A DNA stretch of 64,000 bases. Origin: Trichoplax sp. H2. Taxonomy: Eukaryota. This document shows positions 41,501 through 54,817 of the stretch, piece after piece. Numbering within the stretch: position 1 is the first letter of the stretch; each line of letters opens with the position of its first letter. The DNA lies in NCBI GenBank assembly GCA_003344405.1, contig NOWV01000024.1:248001-312000 (forward strand), in the 5' to 3' direction. The translations under genes and the position numbers were made by a program. The notes under the pieces were generated by a model that was not told the origin of the DNA, searched no databases, and saw nothing but the letters and a program-made list of their open reading frames with translations.

Positions 41501-42281
41501 TAACGAAATTATTGATGAATCTTGCCAATGGTCGCTTGGCATTAATACTAGAGGTTATCTCAAAATTGTCATCATAATACAGCTCGATCCCAACTGCTGG
41601 TTTAGCCATTTTACGAGTGTATATGTTATATATACATATTCATCATTCTAAGAATTGACGGTTTTGCAATTCTGCAGGGTGGATACAATCTCACTTCTAA
41701 TGCAGAATCAATGGCTGCGTGTTTACGAGTACTACTTGGAGAGTCATGCCCGCCGTTAGAAGAGGCTGCTATTCCATGCCAAAGGTGCAGTACAGTACTG
41801 AATTGCTTAGTAGATTATGGATGGGTACCTTCATACTATACTGTACATATTCATGAATAATCCCCAACGATAACCGCTAGTTTTAGTCAATAATAGATAA
41901 TGTATCTCGTTACTTGTAGTGCCCTCGAATCGATCAGTAATACGCTAAAGACTCACTCCAAATACTGGAAGTCACTGAGATTACCAGGTAATAAATTATA
42001 GTACGGTGATATACTGCACGTAATATTGGCATCTCTCTCATACTAATCTTGAGCGTATCTCTTTCATGAAAGCTTTCACGACTGACGATACTCAAAAACG
42101 AGAAAGCGAGACTGAAAAAATGAAACCAGCAGAAAAAAGACCAACGACTAGTTCAGACACTCAAAAACGAGAAAGCGAGACTGAAAAAATGAAACCAGTA
42201 GAAAAAAGACCAACGACTAGTTCAAAAAAAAAGAACAAAGCTCGTGTGCAACACAAGGAAGCGACTGATGAACCAACGTAA
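38582..42281 (+). CDS. Class IIb histone deacetylase (HDAC6/10 family) with a single catalytic domain, ~454 aa, 17 coding exons
   Basis: Exons 38582-38620, 39036-39082, 39307-39360, 39604-39691, 39850-39890, 39982-40078, 40185-40256, 40351-40376, 40495-40599, 40763-40831, 40903-41029, 41126-41191, 41284-41343, 41464-41553, 41678-41784, 41920-41987 and 42073-42281 are in frame. Motifs [47 protein letters not shown] and LEGGYN. The first two exons and the last exon are less certain. Confidence 0.9.
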
Positions 42282-42894
42282 GCAATGTTGCATCGCACTC
42301 ACTGAAATGATGTCATCATATCATCCTACTGCATTAGCACTGGTAGAGGTTTACTAACAAGAAGAGTTTGTTAAAATGACCAGGATATACAGTACTATTA
42401 CCTGTAATTGATGATGATTTACACTATGTGATCTTCATCTAATAGCAATAATTAATATCCCCGCACTGATAACAAAATTCGAGGTTTACGTAAATAGTAT
42501 ATATATATATATATGATTTTGCTAGCTTGGCAGCTGTATGTATTGATATAATTACACTAAATATGATTTCAAATTGCAATATATTTTGTACATTTTAAGG
42601 CTATTGCTATGAATATTCGATTCTTCAATAGATTTACCCTAAAACTTGCCATTTTATTACAAGTATGAAATCATCTGTAATATCAGTTTTCAGATGACAG
42701 TTGATGATTATTGTCTAGCTTAAATTACAAACTAGCGGGCAATTTAATGATTTTCTGCCTCATTTTCAATTTCATGCCTTATGTAATAAAGCATACTCTA
42801 ATTTTTTATTCTAGTAAATACCCGCTATTTTATGTAAGCGGCAACTGTAGTTTATGACAATAGTTAGCACATTGATGGCTGTGTAATATTCGGG

Positions 42895-45800
42895 CTATTG
42901 ATCCATTGATGTAATTAAGTTAATCCTAAATATTAATGATTTTGGCGTTGTTTTATCAACAACCCCTATTTCCTGTTGCTGCGTTAATCCTAATTCTAAT
43001 AAAATATTTTGAAAAAAGTCAACTATGAAGTTGCAAGAAATTCATAATCATCTATTATAATTCCAATACTTTCGTTCGCTTACTTACCCGATAACGTTAA
43101 ATTTAGGTTCGGCTTTGTCTTTTCCTCAATTGCTGGAATATTCTGAAGTTTAAGTGAATAAGCAGCATAAATCAATGATCAATTATAGTATCTAGTCTAC
43201 CGAAAGAGTGGATCGTATCATACCGATAAGTAAAGAGTTTTGTTTCGTCCATTGACTACCGCTGTTATCCCAGGCGATTTCATTTGCCTAAACAAATCAT
43301 GAGACTCATAAGCAAAATGCTTACAAAAGCAATGTTGTAGCATTAATAGCTACAATGATCAATTTCATGCGAACTTACAAATGAGGACTTTCTTTTAAGT
43401 AGTTTATTACATCCTTCAGTTTATCATTTTCATGAAAAGATAGTGTCTGAGGTTTCAAGCTACAAGCGACACAATCGTCCTAAAGAATAGTAAAAGTATA
43501 TATTAAATAAATTTTCAACTGTTCGTTAGTTTGACTTGAAATATAATTATCATCACATAAAACTTGTGGGCATTATTTGATGTATTCAAGTAATAGCGTA
43601 GCAACATGTAATATATTGTACGTGAGCACATTCAAGTTACCCGCTTTTCGGCCTCAAAGGTGTAAGTATACATTCCTTCAGTATCATTATATACCATATA
43701 ATTTGATAGCATTCCTGAACAACTGCATTATATCGGACAAAAATTAATTTACACTTTACATGTCGAAGGAAATAGTCAAGGGATAATTCTAGATGTAATC
43801 ACATAACTAATTCACTTACCTGGTAGCAAGCTTAAATACTTCATTGGCGCAAGCGGCTAAATGTACGCGTATATTAATGATATTTAAATAGTTAGTCCAG
43901 ACCGATTGCATTACATAAAAGAATAAAATTAATATTTCAGTCGTAAGCCTTATCATGTAAACATTGGGTAGATAATACTCACCAGCAATGGTAGCGTTTG
44001 TAGATGCAACAGCAGGGATAATTCTCTTTACCACACCTACATTACATTACATGCTATTTAATTCATTAACAGACGGCTAACATCATCTTATGGTACTATG
44101 ATACTAACCTTGGGTCAATCTATATGTAATTCCTTTAATATTATATTTTTCAGCCCTATCTATAGCCTTATCCATAATCCACTGTATATGACTTGGATCA
44201 TCTCCATCAACACCAGTATCGTCTTACCGATCAAGAAGATTGAAGATGGAAATCTTAAACCTGAATAATACTGGTTATGCAGTAGCACTATGATTAGAAG
44301 TACTTACCACCAAATGGCTTCTCTTGTGGCCACAGTAAGATTCGAACATATTCTATGCAATGTTCTGGTAGCCTAGGTGTATGAGCTATTGTACATAATG
44401 GAAAGTTGACCTAAAATAAAGTTTGAACAGCAAGATAGCTTGAAATACCTTTCAATCACTCCATATAATTTACAGCAGATAATGGTGTGAAAACGATAAC
44501 TCACCGAAAAGAGTAATTTTAATATATTTATTATATTAACATACCTGAGGAGGAAATAGGTCTACTGTACATTCTAGACATGCTGTAATTCCTGGTAATA
44601 TCACGCGAGCGTTGCCTTTAAATCCTATAGAAGGTGAATTTTAAAACATATAAGATATGTACTATTGAACGTAGCGATTAGCAATAAAAAGCGTAACCTT
44701 CAGTTCCACCGTCAACAAAAGGAACAACAGATGTTGGAATTACAGCACCAGATTCGTCGTATTCAAGTAAACTAAGCTATACAGTGATTGTATTCATAAA
44801 TTAGTGAAAGTAGCATCTTCCTTAGAAAAGATCAACTATGTAATAATTGCTTTAAAAAATTACGATAAAAATTATAGAAAGTATTATATCCGTTCACTAA
44901 CAAGCATGCCATTAATCCATCGTCTAGCAATAACAGAGTCCAAGCCACTGACAACGATACTATATTCTACATTGATAATAATACGTATTTGATTAACAAA
45001 ATTCAGTAGTGTCAATTTGATATCATTTACAGGTTCGAATCGATTTTCTATCATATCTTTAAGTTATGCAGACACACTTTTATAGAATGATTCGTCATAG
45101 TCCTCAATTCTAGCATAATATCTAAATATAAGATGTTTTTGTTAAGGACAGAATTCATTTTTATAATTTCGTTAAAAATATCGGGACAAAGCTGCTCTTC
45201 ATCATAGAAGAAGTTATTCTCTAATCAATAATCTTGGATTGCTATAGGATACGGCTGCACTTTACAAGCATGGATACGACGATTTACAAATTCTGCAGCT
45301 ACTTCAGCTTTTGGTCTGCCAACGTCTTTAGGCCTATTTAAAGGACATATTTTAATTTCCATGTCTGATAATGTCTTCTATTAATAATCTATACACTTGT
45401 ATATGCCATATCAGTAATAAAATGTAGCTGAAGAATCATTTTTGATATTAGTGTTATGGATTAAATTCATAGCTTGGGCTAAGACATGCATGCATGCGAT
45501 AACAGGATACGTAATGAGTCTGCTTTTATAACAGAGAATACAGACCCTAAGACAAGAATTATAAGACTTTCTTACCTATATAAAAATTGTCTATTGAGAT
45601 TAGAAACATCAATTGTGTCCATATCAATCACGTCGATGTTTCTAAAGCCGGTTAATGCCTAGAAGATATCAAATGGTGAATATAAAGGAGAAATAACATG
45701 GTTAGGTGGACGTAGTATTGCAATAATAGACAATTTAAACTGTCCATTGTTCTATAACATGCAATGAACTATTCTATATCAAACGATCCATTAATATCGA

Positions 45801-46645
45801 TTCTTAGGAAGTATTACTATCCCATTATTGGTAGTAATCAATGTTATATCATATAAGATAGAGCGAGAGCAAATGAAAAGTCCTCGGCTAAACCACATCG
45901 ACTAACTACAGTACGTATAAAATCCTAAAGATATTTAAACAGTATTGTGTAACGTACCAAATCCTTCAACAATTCGCATCCTAGTCCACCAGCACCAATA
46001 ACGAGAATTTTACAATTATCGAGTATAAAAGGCAAAATCTTGCCAATTAAAAACGAATACAATCAAAGATTTCTTAAGATACATGTAATCAAAATATTGC
46101 AAATTACGTCAATATCCACATCGCTTTTGGAAGGATAGTCTACACGTATCAGTGCATGATAGAATAGAATATTTACATCTAAAGTATAAATCTCTAGCTT
46201 CTGAATAGTTTAGATGATTAGGATAGATAGTCCTTATACGCCGTGATTAATATGATTAAAATAAAGAGAATTAAAGCTATTGCAAGATATACGAATGCAA
46301 TCTGAATATCGCAAAGAATAATCAACCTCTCTCGAAGGACTAATCTGTACCCTATCAGTCTATGCTACAGTACAGTATAACATCAACATCAACAGTATAA
46401 ATCTCTATTTTCTGAATAGCACTGATGGTTACAATCAAATGATTGTAAAGTGTAGGTTATTTCTATCCTTCATTCACTCCATATAGTATAAACACAGGAA
46501 AATAGTCGATGATAAAACTGTAAGATACCTCCGGATTGGGTACAAAATCGGGTCTTGCGAATGGCCCACCTCTAGTAATCAATTTCAAGATATGATTCCA
46601 TCGACCAGGCCAATCCGCTGAATCATCGATCATAGAGTTGGACAT
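42895..46645 (-). CDS. UBA3: NEDD8-activating enzyme E1 catalytic subunit
   Basis: Contains [59 protein letters not shown], catalytic [33 protein letters not shown] and [10 protein letters not shown]. Multi-exon with GT-AG introns; stop TAG at 42897-42895. Confidence 0.95.
45122..45252 (-). other. U12-type (minor spliceosome) GT-AG intron in UBA3
   Basis: 5' splice site GTATCCTAT and branch sequence TCCTTAAC (45148-45141) ~20 nt from the AG, with no clear polypyrimidine tract. Flanking exons join in frame (KVQP|YYARIED). Confidence 0.8.
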
Positions 46646-48111
46646 GTTGTGATGAAGAAGAAGGAAATGGATGCAATTTGACGATGATTGAAAGCGAATT
46701 GATTAAGATTTTCGTCTCTTCACGTCCAGTTAATTAAAGCTTGAGAACGATTCGAGCTTACGTCTTGGTTCAAGACTAGCAACTGTTGCCAAGTGAGCAC
46801 AAGTGGACAGATCGCGCGATACTATTCGGTACATGGCTACAGGCTAATATAAACAGTATGGAAAAATGGTCGATATAACTATGGAAACGTGTAGTCATGT
46901 CAATGGTTCTTTATCCCATAATAAAGCTACGCAAACAGTGCTAATCACGCCATACTAAACCGAGTAGCGAGGTGATCTATCGAGCAGCAACTATGGAGAA
47001 GCTCCCTAGCATACTGAGTATAATGGAGTTATGGACTTCTAGCGCCAGAAAGTGCTGCAAATGAATAGTAGATCGTAGAATAATTCTCATTTATTCAAGC
47101 TCAATGTATTTGACAGCATTTATAAGAAAACTGTTAGTAGGATAAGCCTAATCCATGGCTGCTTCTACAGATTACGTAAATAAATGTTGGTTTATCGGCT
47201 AGTTTAACATTTATTCCTAACGGTAATACCATAGCAAATTAATTCCTAGAAATTCAAGATACAGCTATATCATCAAATATCCACTGCTATAGGAGTATAT
47301 CATAACTTATGCATATAGATGTAATACTAATATACACAACACTCTATAGATGTTAACGCAAAATGGCGTACAGCCATGGACTCCTAAGAAGACTTTCTCT
47401 TTGCCGTTTTTACGTGTCTTCTGATGCTGCATATGTACGGTATGCTGATTGAATCTTAAGTGATCTACAGGCTCGTAGAGGCTCCTCACGTTTTCTTGTA
47501 ATATACACTGCAGTAAGATTGCATGCTCTTGTACAGAATCCCTGCATAATTTTTGTGCAATAAGCAACAATCTATAGCACGCTCTTGAGCAGCACCTCTA
47601 CATAATTTCATTGCGATCAAGATTTAATATATTTGCATTTCTATTAGTTAGTAGGATCACTTTGCTAACGACCAAGGTATAATTTTATTAATGTGTTAGT
47701 CTATCTACTCTGTGAGTATGCCTGACAGAAGCATCATCGAGCTTTCAAATGTATCGATTATTTTATCCCACTTTACAGGTTATCTGTATATTCTCTAAAA
47801 TTCTTATAACATTGCTTTAGATTAGGCATAGACTACTAGTCCATGGATTAGAAAGTTATGCTAGAACACCTAGATATAAATACAAAATAATCCAATATTA
47901 CACAATTACCATCGTGGCAGGATAGATCAATTCTCGTATATAACGAAATCTAATTATGGTGACTCAAACTTATGATGGAATAGTTGCATTTTATTTCAAT
48001 CGCTTCAATGTAATTCTACGTTATGAACATGAGAGCCAAGAAAGAGATAAAATGAAAATAAACAGCACAACTGTTGTCATGTATTGAATAGTTATATAAT
48101 TTTAAGTTGTT

Positions 48112-51100
48112 TTATACTTTGTTGCTTTTAGTCTTCTTTAACTCTTTTGTGGTCAGTTTATCGGTAGGCACAGGTTTCGTAAACTCAATGAAAGCGCAGT
48201 CGGGTGGCAAATATTGATGCAAGACTTCAGGAACAGCGATACCAGTTTCAGTTTGGAATGTCTCCAAAATGGCACAAATGGCGCGAGTAGTAGCACACAT
48301 AGTCGAATTTAGCATATGAACATATTCCGCCTTGATATGAAATGAAAGATGGGGATACAAATTTTTTATGCAGTTTCAATATCAATGCAATAGTTGCTTT
48401 AATATCTTATTATAAATAGCTATAACAATTTTTATCGCCTTCAAAATACATCTTATACTGATTGTGCATACCTGGGCATTCATTTTTTTTGTTTGGCCAA
48501 ATCGAATCTGTAACCTTCTTGACTGATAATCCGTACAATTGGAGCAAGATACAAGCTCTCGAAAAGCGCCCGATCCAGGAAACCAAGCCTCCAAGTCTAA
48601 CTTTTTCGAAGCAGCATTGTTAAGAGCTCCTGAAACGATGTTGACAATTCGATAGCTAATACCAAGGGATTGATAGTAATCGCTTGCATTTTCAATCATT
48701 TCTTCCATCAATTTCCATGATTCGTTATCATTCGGTGAACATAGAACAAACTGCTCAATCTTGCAAAATTGAATGGAGAGATTAATACTTATAAGGCGAT
48801 AGGTAGTCATTTAACTAATAAAGTAAACTCGTAACAAAAGAGCGTCATCTTTTTCTACTAGTTTTACCTTTTCAAACTGGTGAACACGGAAGATACCACG
48901 CGTATCACGGCCGTGAGAACCAACTTCTTGTCTAAAACAAGTGGAAACACCGGCATACTTCTTAGGTAGCTCGGAAGGATTAATCCATTCGGCACGATGA
49001 TAGGCCGCAATTGGTTGTTCACTAGTAGCAATTAGGTATTTTTCATCAATGGAAGAATCGTCAAGATTTTCACTACCTTTACCAATCACCTATCCCAAAA
49101 TTTGAAAGATTAATATTGGGTGTACATACACTTGACGTAAGTTGTATGTTTGTGAAAGTAAGTTGAACAAACCTTATACAACTCTTCATCGAATTGGCTC
49201 AACTGTGCTACTTCTGTCATAACTTCTTTTCGCATTAGAAAAGGCGTGTACAGTGGAACATATCCCTTTTTAGCTAAAATCCTTAGAGCATGTTGTATGA
49301 GAGCAAATTCCAGAAACACCAGTTTCCCCTACCGAGAATATTTTTGTCTAATTTAGCCTTGAGGAGTAGGATGTGCGCTAGTCTAGCAGTTTAGTATTGG
49401 TACTGGTCTTACCTTTAAGTAATAGCCTCGACCGCCTGCGGTAACAGTACCTCGATTAGTATCTACACCATCTACCATATAGGCCAAATCAATATGAGAA
49501 TAGCGTTTCTTTACTTCACAGTCCCCATGCGTAGCAACGACGGCATTATTATCCTAGGCAATGCAGAAATGAAAACTTGTGAGACTAGATTGTTATTGAC
49601 TGAATAATAGTGGATCCATTTTCTAAATTTTGACGTGTATTATAATAATTCGATGTAACTAACCTCATCATTGCTGATAGGCACCGATTCATGCAAGAGA
49701 TTACCAATTGCTCTTAATTTTTCACTACGTCGTTCTTCTACCTTGATAACTTCTGCATTACATGCAGCAATGCGGTCATCAATTAGGCTTCTAATTTTTT
49801 TGACTCTAACTGGGGTTAAGGTCTGCATTTGAGAGGAAGTGATATGGAATAACATAAATTGGCCAGTTTAGTGATGAAAGCATAGGATGTGATACTGATC
49901 TTATTCAAGCGTATTTATTACATGTAAATAGTACAGTAGAGTATGTATAAAGTAGGATATACGAGTACGTCGGTAGAGAAAAGTTTACAGTTGACTTCAA
50001 TCTTTCAAAGTCATTTCTTTATGAACCTACCCTCAAATCATCAATTGTAAGATTTGCAAGCTTTGCAACGACATCACCTTCTAAAGAATCATCAGTACCA
50101 GTTTCTTCTTTTTTCTATCAAAAGGAAATGCTTTATTGTAAGAAATACATTATGCGAAGGTCTCTGGATCATTGAGTAATGGATGCAAGATATTTATAAC
50201 AGCCTACTGCTATATCTTTCCTCTAGCGAATAGATGATTGAAATAACTGTTGGTGTTTTAAGGATCTTGTAGAATTATCCTTGTCCATCACTAATCAAGG
50301 AATCCAAAACTCGATAGCTTAAAGTGTGTGACTAAATTATCTTTGTCAGCTATACGTCGTTATTCAAAAGAGCATATTATGTTTGCAATTGGAGTTTTAG
50401 GATTATTCAACCTATTGCAAAGTGCAATTGTATGCTTTAATATAAATTGTTCTAAATGATCTTTTCTATTGCCCTTACTGTCGTTCTAGAATAACCTGAT
50501 ATCGATGATTGTACAGTATCATGATTGTAATCCATTGGATAAGATAGATCGTGTCAAAAGAAGAATGTCGACGATCAGCATCCATAGTAAGTAAGTACTT
50601 ATTTTTTACCTTCATTTTCTCTCCGTAAACTTTGCTACATTGATTCTTTAGTTTATTCCAATTATCCGCAGCAAATCGGACTACAATCAAAGAGAATACA
50701 TTACAAGGATGTCAATCATGGTAGAGTATTCATTCAACACAAGGTCGTATTGCAAGAGAGCAATCCACCTTTAATGTTGTTGACTATTTTATAAACGATC
50801 GTGTGAAAGTCCATCGGTTATGGTTAACAACGAATTATGTAGTGATCGGTATTAAGCTCATGCATTCATCTATTAGGACTGTCATTTCAGCTCCATACTT
50901 ATCCATTCGTCCATTATGACTGTAATTTCAGCTTAATACCATCCTCACCGGGAAGTAAATCGACTTTCTTGTTCATCAACACATACCCGGTATCATCAAT
51001 TGATACAACACCATTTACTTTTGGATCAACTGATCGTCTAGCCAATCAAGGCTAGTACTCTATCCCTCTACTAAAGTAAAGGCACTTTCAAGTACTGTAT

Positions 51101-51370
51101 TTCAACTTGTACTCGGTCACTATTATGTATATATTTTGACAACTAGCGTTCTATTCCAATGCGATGATTTGATTAGACGTAGTTTGATGATGATGATACG
51201 AACAATTGATTCTCATAACATTATCCATACATACGTTTTCTCCATTCGCTATCCAATTGGACAACTTGATCGACAAGGGAGACATCCTTAAAGCGTTTTC
51301 GCTGGCATTGACGAATGGATTCAGGGTTGCCTCCTTTATCTTCTCGAAATAAGTCAAGATCAAGAACCAT
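48112..51370 (-). CDS. SARS1: Cytosolic seryl-tRNA synthetase, 9 exons
   Basis: Starts [16 protein letters not shown]. Contains [26 protein letters not shown], motif 2 [39 protein letters not shown] and motif 3 [19 protein letters not shown]. Exons approx. 51370-51235, 50680-50610, 50114-50030, 49822-49664, 49553-49413, 49328-49173, 49089-48868, 48760-48472 and 48330-48112. Confidence 0.96.
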
Positions 51371-51575
51371 TTTGCTTTTCAGCCAAATCGTGGCAGCAGA
51401 CTGCGCTAGTAGACGATGGAGTGGTCGAACAAGGGGTTTAATATTGATCGTGGGGTGTAGCGTGGCAGGTTCGATCACTGTTTCATACTGGTGTTGGAGT
51501 TCTATTCGGCAGTATCAGCTCGAGCGTAAAGATGGTTAGTCTATAGAGACTGGCATACGTATACGACTACTGTAG

Positions 51576-53270
51576 GTCATGACGTTTTACAGTCATACTC
51601 AGGCAAGTAGACAAACTAAAATGATTTCTTGAATAAATGAGTATCAGAGTAAAGCAGAAATAATGTCACCTGTATGTTGGCCACTATCATGGACTACAGT
51701 TTTACCAGCAACTACTACTCAAGTAAAAAGTAAGATGGTTACCTTGTAACTCCATTAAATTTAATCTGGATTACAAGGTTAGAATAGGATTGTTCTAAAG
51801 TTATGCTTCAAAGTAATAGTGTTGCTAGAGTAGTCTCACTGGTTCTACAGTCCTACAGTAAATAATGAACTAGCACCTTCCATTTACTGCAATGTATGTA
51901 CAACTAGGTAACGAGTCATGACGTTTTACAGTCATACTCAGGCAAGTAGACAAACTAAAATGATTTCTTAAATAGACCAGTATAATAGCAAAGCAGAAAT
52001 AATGTCACCTGTATGTTCGCCACTATCATGGACTACAGTTTTACCAGCAACTACTACTCAAGTAAAAAGTAAGATGGTTACCTTGTAACTCCATTAAATT
52101 TAATCTGGATTACAAGGTTAGAATAGGATTGTTCTGAAGTTGTGCTTCAAAGTAATAGAGTTGCTAGAGTAGTCTCACTGGTTCTACAGTCCTACAGTAA
52201 ATAATGAACTAGCACCTTCCATTTGCATACGCACTTCCACTTACTGCAATGTATGTACAAGTGAGTACAACTAGGTAACGAGTCATGACGTTTTACAGTC
52301 ATACTCAGGCAAGTAGACAAACTAAATTGATTTCTTAAATAGACCAGTATAATAGCAAAGCAGAAATAGTGTCACCTCCATGTTGGCCACTATGATGGAC
52401 TACAGTTTTACCAGCAACTACTGCTCAAGTAAAAAGTAAAATGGTTACCTTGTAACTCCGTTAAACTTAATCTGGATTACAAGGTTAGAATAGGGTTGTT
52501 GTAAAGTTGTGTTTCAAAGTAATAGTGTTGCTAGAGTAGTCATTGGTTTTGTACATTGAATATAATGTACAACCAGGTCAGGAGTCAGGACGTTTACAGT
52601 CATACTGAGACAAGTAGACAACCTAAAATGATTCCTTGAATAGACCAGTATAATAGTAAAGCAAAAATAATGTCACCTCTATGGTAGCTACTATCATGGA
52701 CTACAGTTCTGCCAGCAACTACTACTCAAGTAAAACGTAAAATGGTTACCTTGTAGCTTCTTTAAACTTAATCTGGATTAAAAGGCTAGAATAGGGTTGT
52801 TCTAAAGTTGTGTTTCAAAGTAATAGTGCTGCTAGAGTAGTCATTGGTTTTGTACATTGAATATACTGTACAACCAGGTCAGGCGTCAGGACATTTACAG
52901 TCATACTGAGACAAGTAGACAAGCTAAAATGATTCCTTTTATAGTCGAGTATGACAATAAAGCAGAAACAATGTCACCTCTGTTTTGGTCACTTTCATGG
53001 ACAACAGCTCTACCAAACGACTCACTCATACTAAGGCAAGTCGACAAAGTAAAATGATTTAACTTAACAGGCGAGTATGAGAATAAAGCAGAAATAATGT
53101 CACCTCTTTGTTGGCCACTATGATGGGCTACAGCTCTACCAACGGACTGCTCAAGTAAAAAGTAAGATGGTTTACTTTGTAACTACTTTAAACTTAATCT
53201 AGATTACAACATTAGTTTAGGGCTGTTCTAAAGTTGTGTTTGTAGTGTTGCTAGAGTAGTCGCTGGTTCT
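51576..53270. repeat. Tandem repeat, ~300-365-bp unit, ~5 copies, upstream of SARS1
   Basis: GTCATGACGTTTTACAGTCATACTCAGGCAAGTAGACAA recurs near 51577, 51916, 52282, 52584 and 52885, becoming more diverged distally. Confidence 0.92.
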
Positions 53271-53340
53271 ACTTTTCTTGCAGAACTGTACATAAGGATA
53301 TCCATATCCACCCCTCCCCCCAAAGAGGACATATTCTTCT

Positions 53341-54432
53341 TATTAAAAGTCGCTGCGAGTAGATATTCTTGTCGGACGGACAGACTTTTCCAAACTCAAT
53401 CAGGCCGAAAATATGGAAAAATGATTTACCATTATTTACTTACACTGTAGATCTTCTGTGTCTATTTGTCTTAATCACTTTCACTCATTTAAAATCATTG
53501 ATGATGTTGTAGAACTACTTTGAAGTGTAACTTGTTAAACAAGACAACGATTTAATAGAATATTATTAAAAGTCGCTGTGACTAGACATTCTTGTTGGAC
53601 GGACAGACTTTTCCAAACTCAATCAGGCCGAAAATATGGAAAAATGATTTACCATTATTTACTTACACTGTAGATCTTCTGTGTCTATTTGTCTGAATCA
53701 CTTTCACTCATTTAAAATTATTGACGATGTTGTAAAACTACTTTGAAGTGTAACTTGTTAAACAAGACAACGATTTAATAGAATATTATTAAAAGTCGCT
53801 GTGACTAGACATTCTTGTTGGACGGACAGACTTTTCCAAACTCAATCAGGCCGAAAATATGATTTACGATTATTTAATTACACTGTAGATCTTCTGTGTC
53901 TATTTATCTGAATCACTTTCACTCATTTAAAATCATTGACGATGTTGTAAAACTACTTTGAAGTGCAACTCGTTAAACTAGACAGCGATTTAATAGAATA
54001 TTATTAAAAGTCGCTGTGACTAGACATTCTTGTTGGACGGACAGACTTTTCCAAACTCAATCAGGCCGAAAATATGATTTACGATTATTTAATTACACTG
54101 TAGATCTTCTGTGTCTATTTATCTGAATCACTTTCACTCATTTAAAATCATTGACGATGTTGTAAAACTACTTTGAAGTGCAACTCGTTAAACTAGACAA
54201 CGATTTAATAGAATATTATTAAAAGTCGCTGTGACTAGACATTCTTGTTGGACGGACAGACTTTTCCAAACTCAATCAGGCCGAAAATATGATTTACGAT
54301 TATTTAATTACACTGTAGATCTTCTGTGTCTATTTATCTGAATCACTTTCACTCATTTAAAATCATTGACGATGTTGTAGAACTACTTTGAAGTGTAACT
54401 TGCTAAACTAGACAACGATTTAATAGAATATT
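53341..54432. repeat. Tandem repeat, 215-223-bp unit, 5 copies
   Basis: TATTAAAAGTCGCTG occurs at 53341, 53564, 53787, 54002 and 54217. Confidence 0.95.
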
Positions 54433-54817
54433 ACTTCATTTAGAAATAGAAGTCCATGACACAAATCGCCAGCCTACTTAACCCTTTCATCATCACAACT
54501 TGTTTCAAGTGTCCCATTGAGTACTATAGTTTCTCTTGAAGAAGTTATCCTTGATTGCAACCATAGGGTAGATCGTTAATCTACGAGTAGACTTGTCACG
54601 GTACTGTATTGTACCGGTACCGTAGACGAAGGTGGAAGACAGACTTGCAGTAGTCTGATCGGTGGATCATCACCATAGGAACAGTGTTGTCTTGTCCATG
54701 GTTGGAAAGGAAGCAATGGCTTACTCTTGGCCAGACATTTCTCATTATGGGTAACCTGTAGCATGGTAAGATATAATTCCATCTCAAGGTAGATACTTTA
54801 GCTGACCAGAGCAAGAA

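Noticed and set aside
46039..46528. UBA3 intron 1 donor GTATCTTAC as U12-type
   Set aside because: It lacks the CC of the U12 donor and has no CCTTAAC branch near the acceptor.
46900..47800. Possible small gene between UBA3 and SARS1 (splice-like signals, 87-aa minus ORF)
   Set aside because: No coherent reading frame could be assembled.
51371..51478. N-terminal extension of SerRS suggested by the ORF track
   Set aside because: It begins at a non-ATG codon, and the conserved start MVLDLDLFR at 51370 has a good AAAATGG context.
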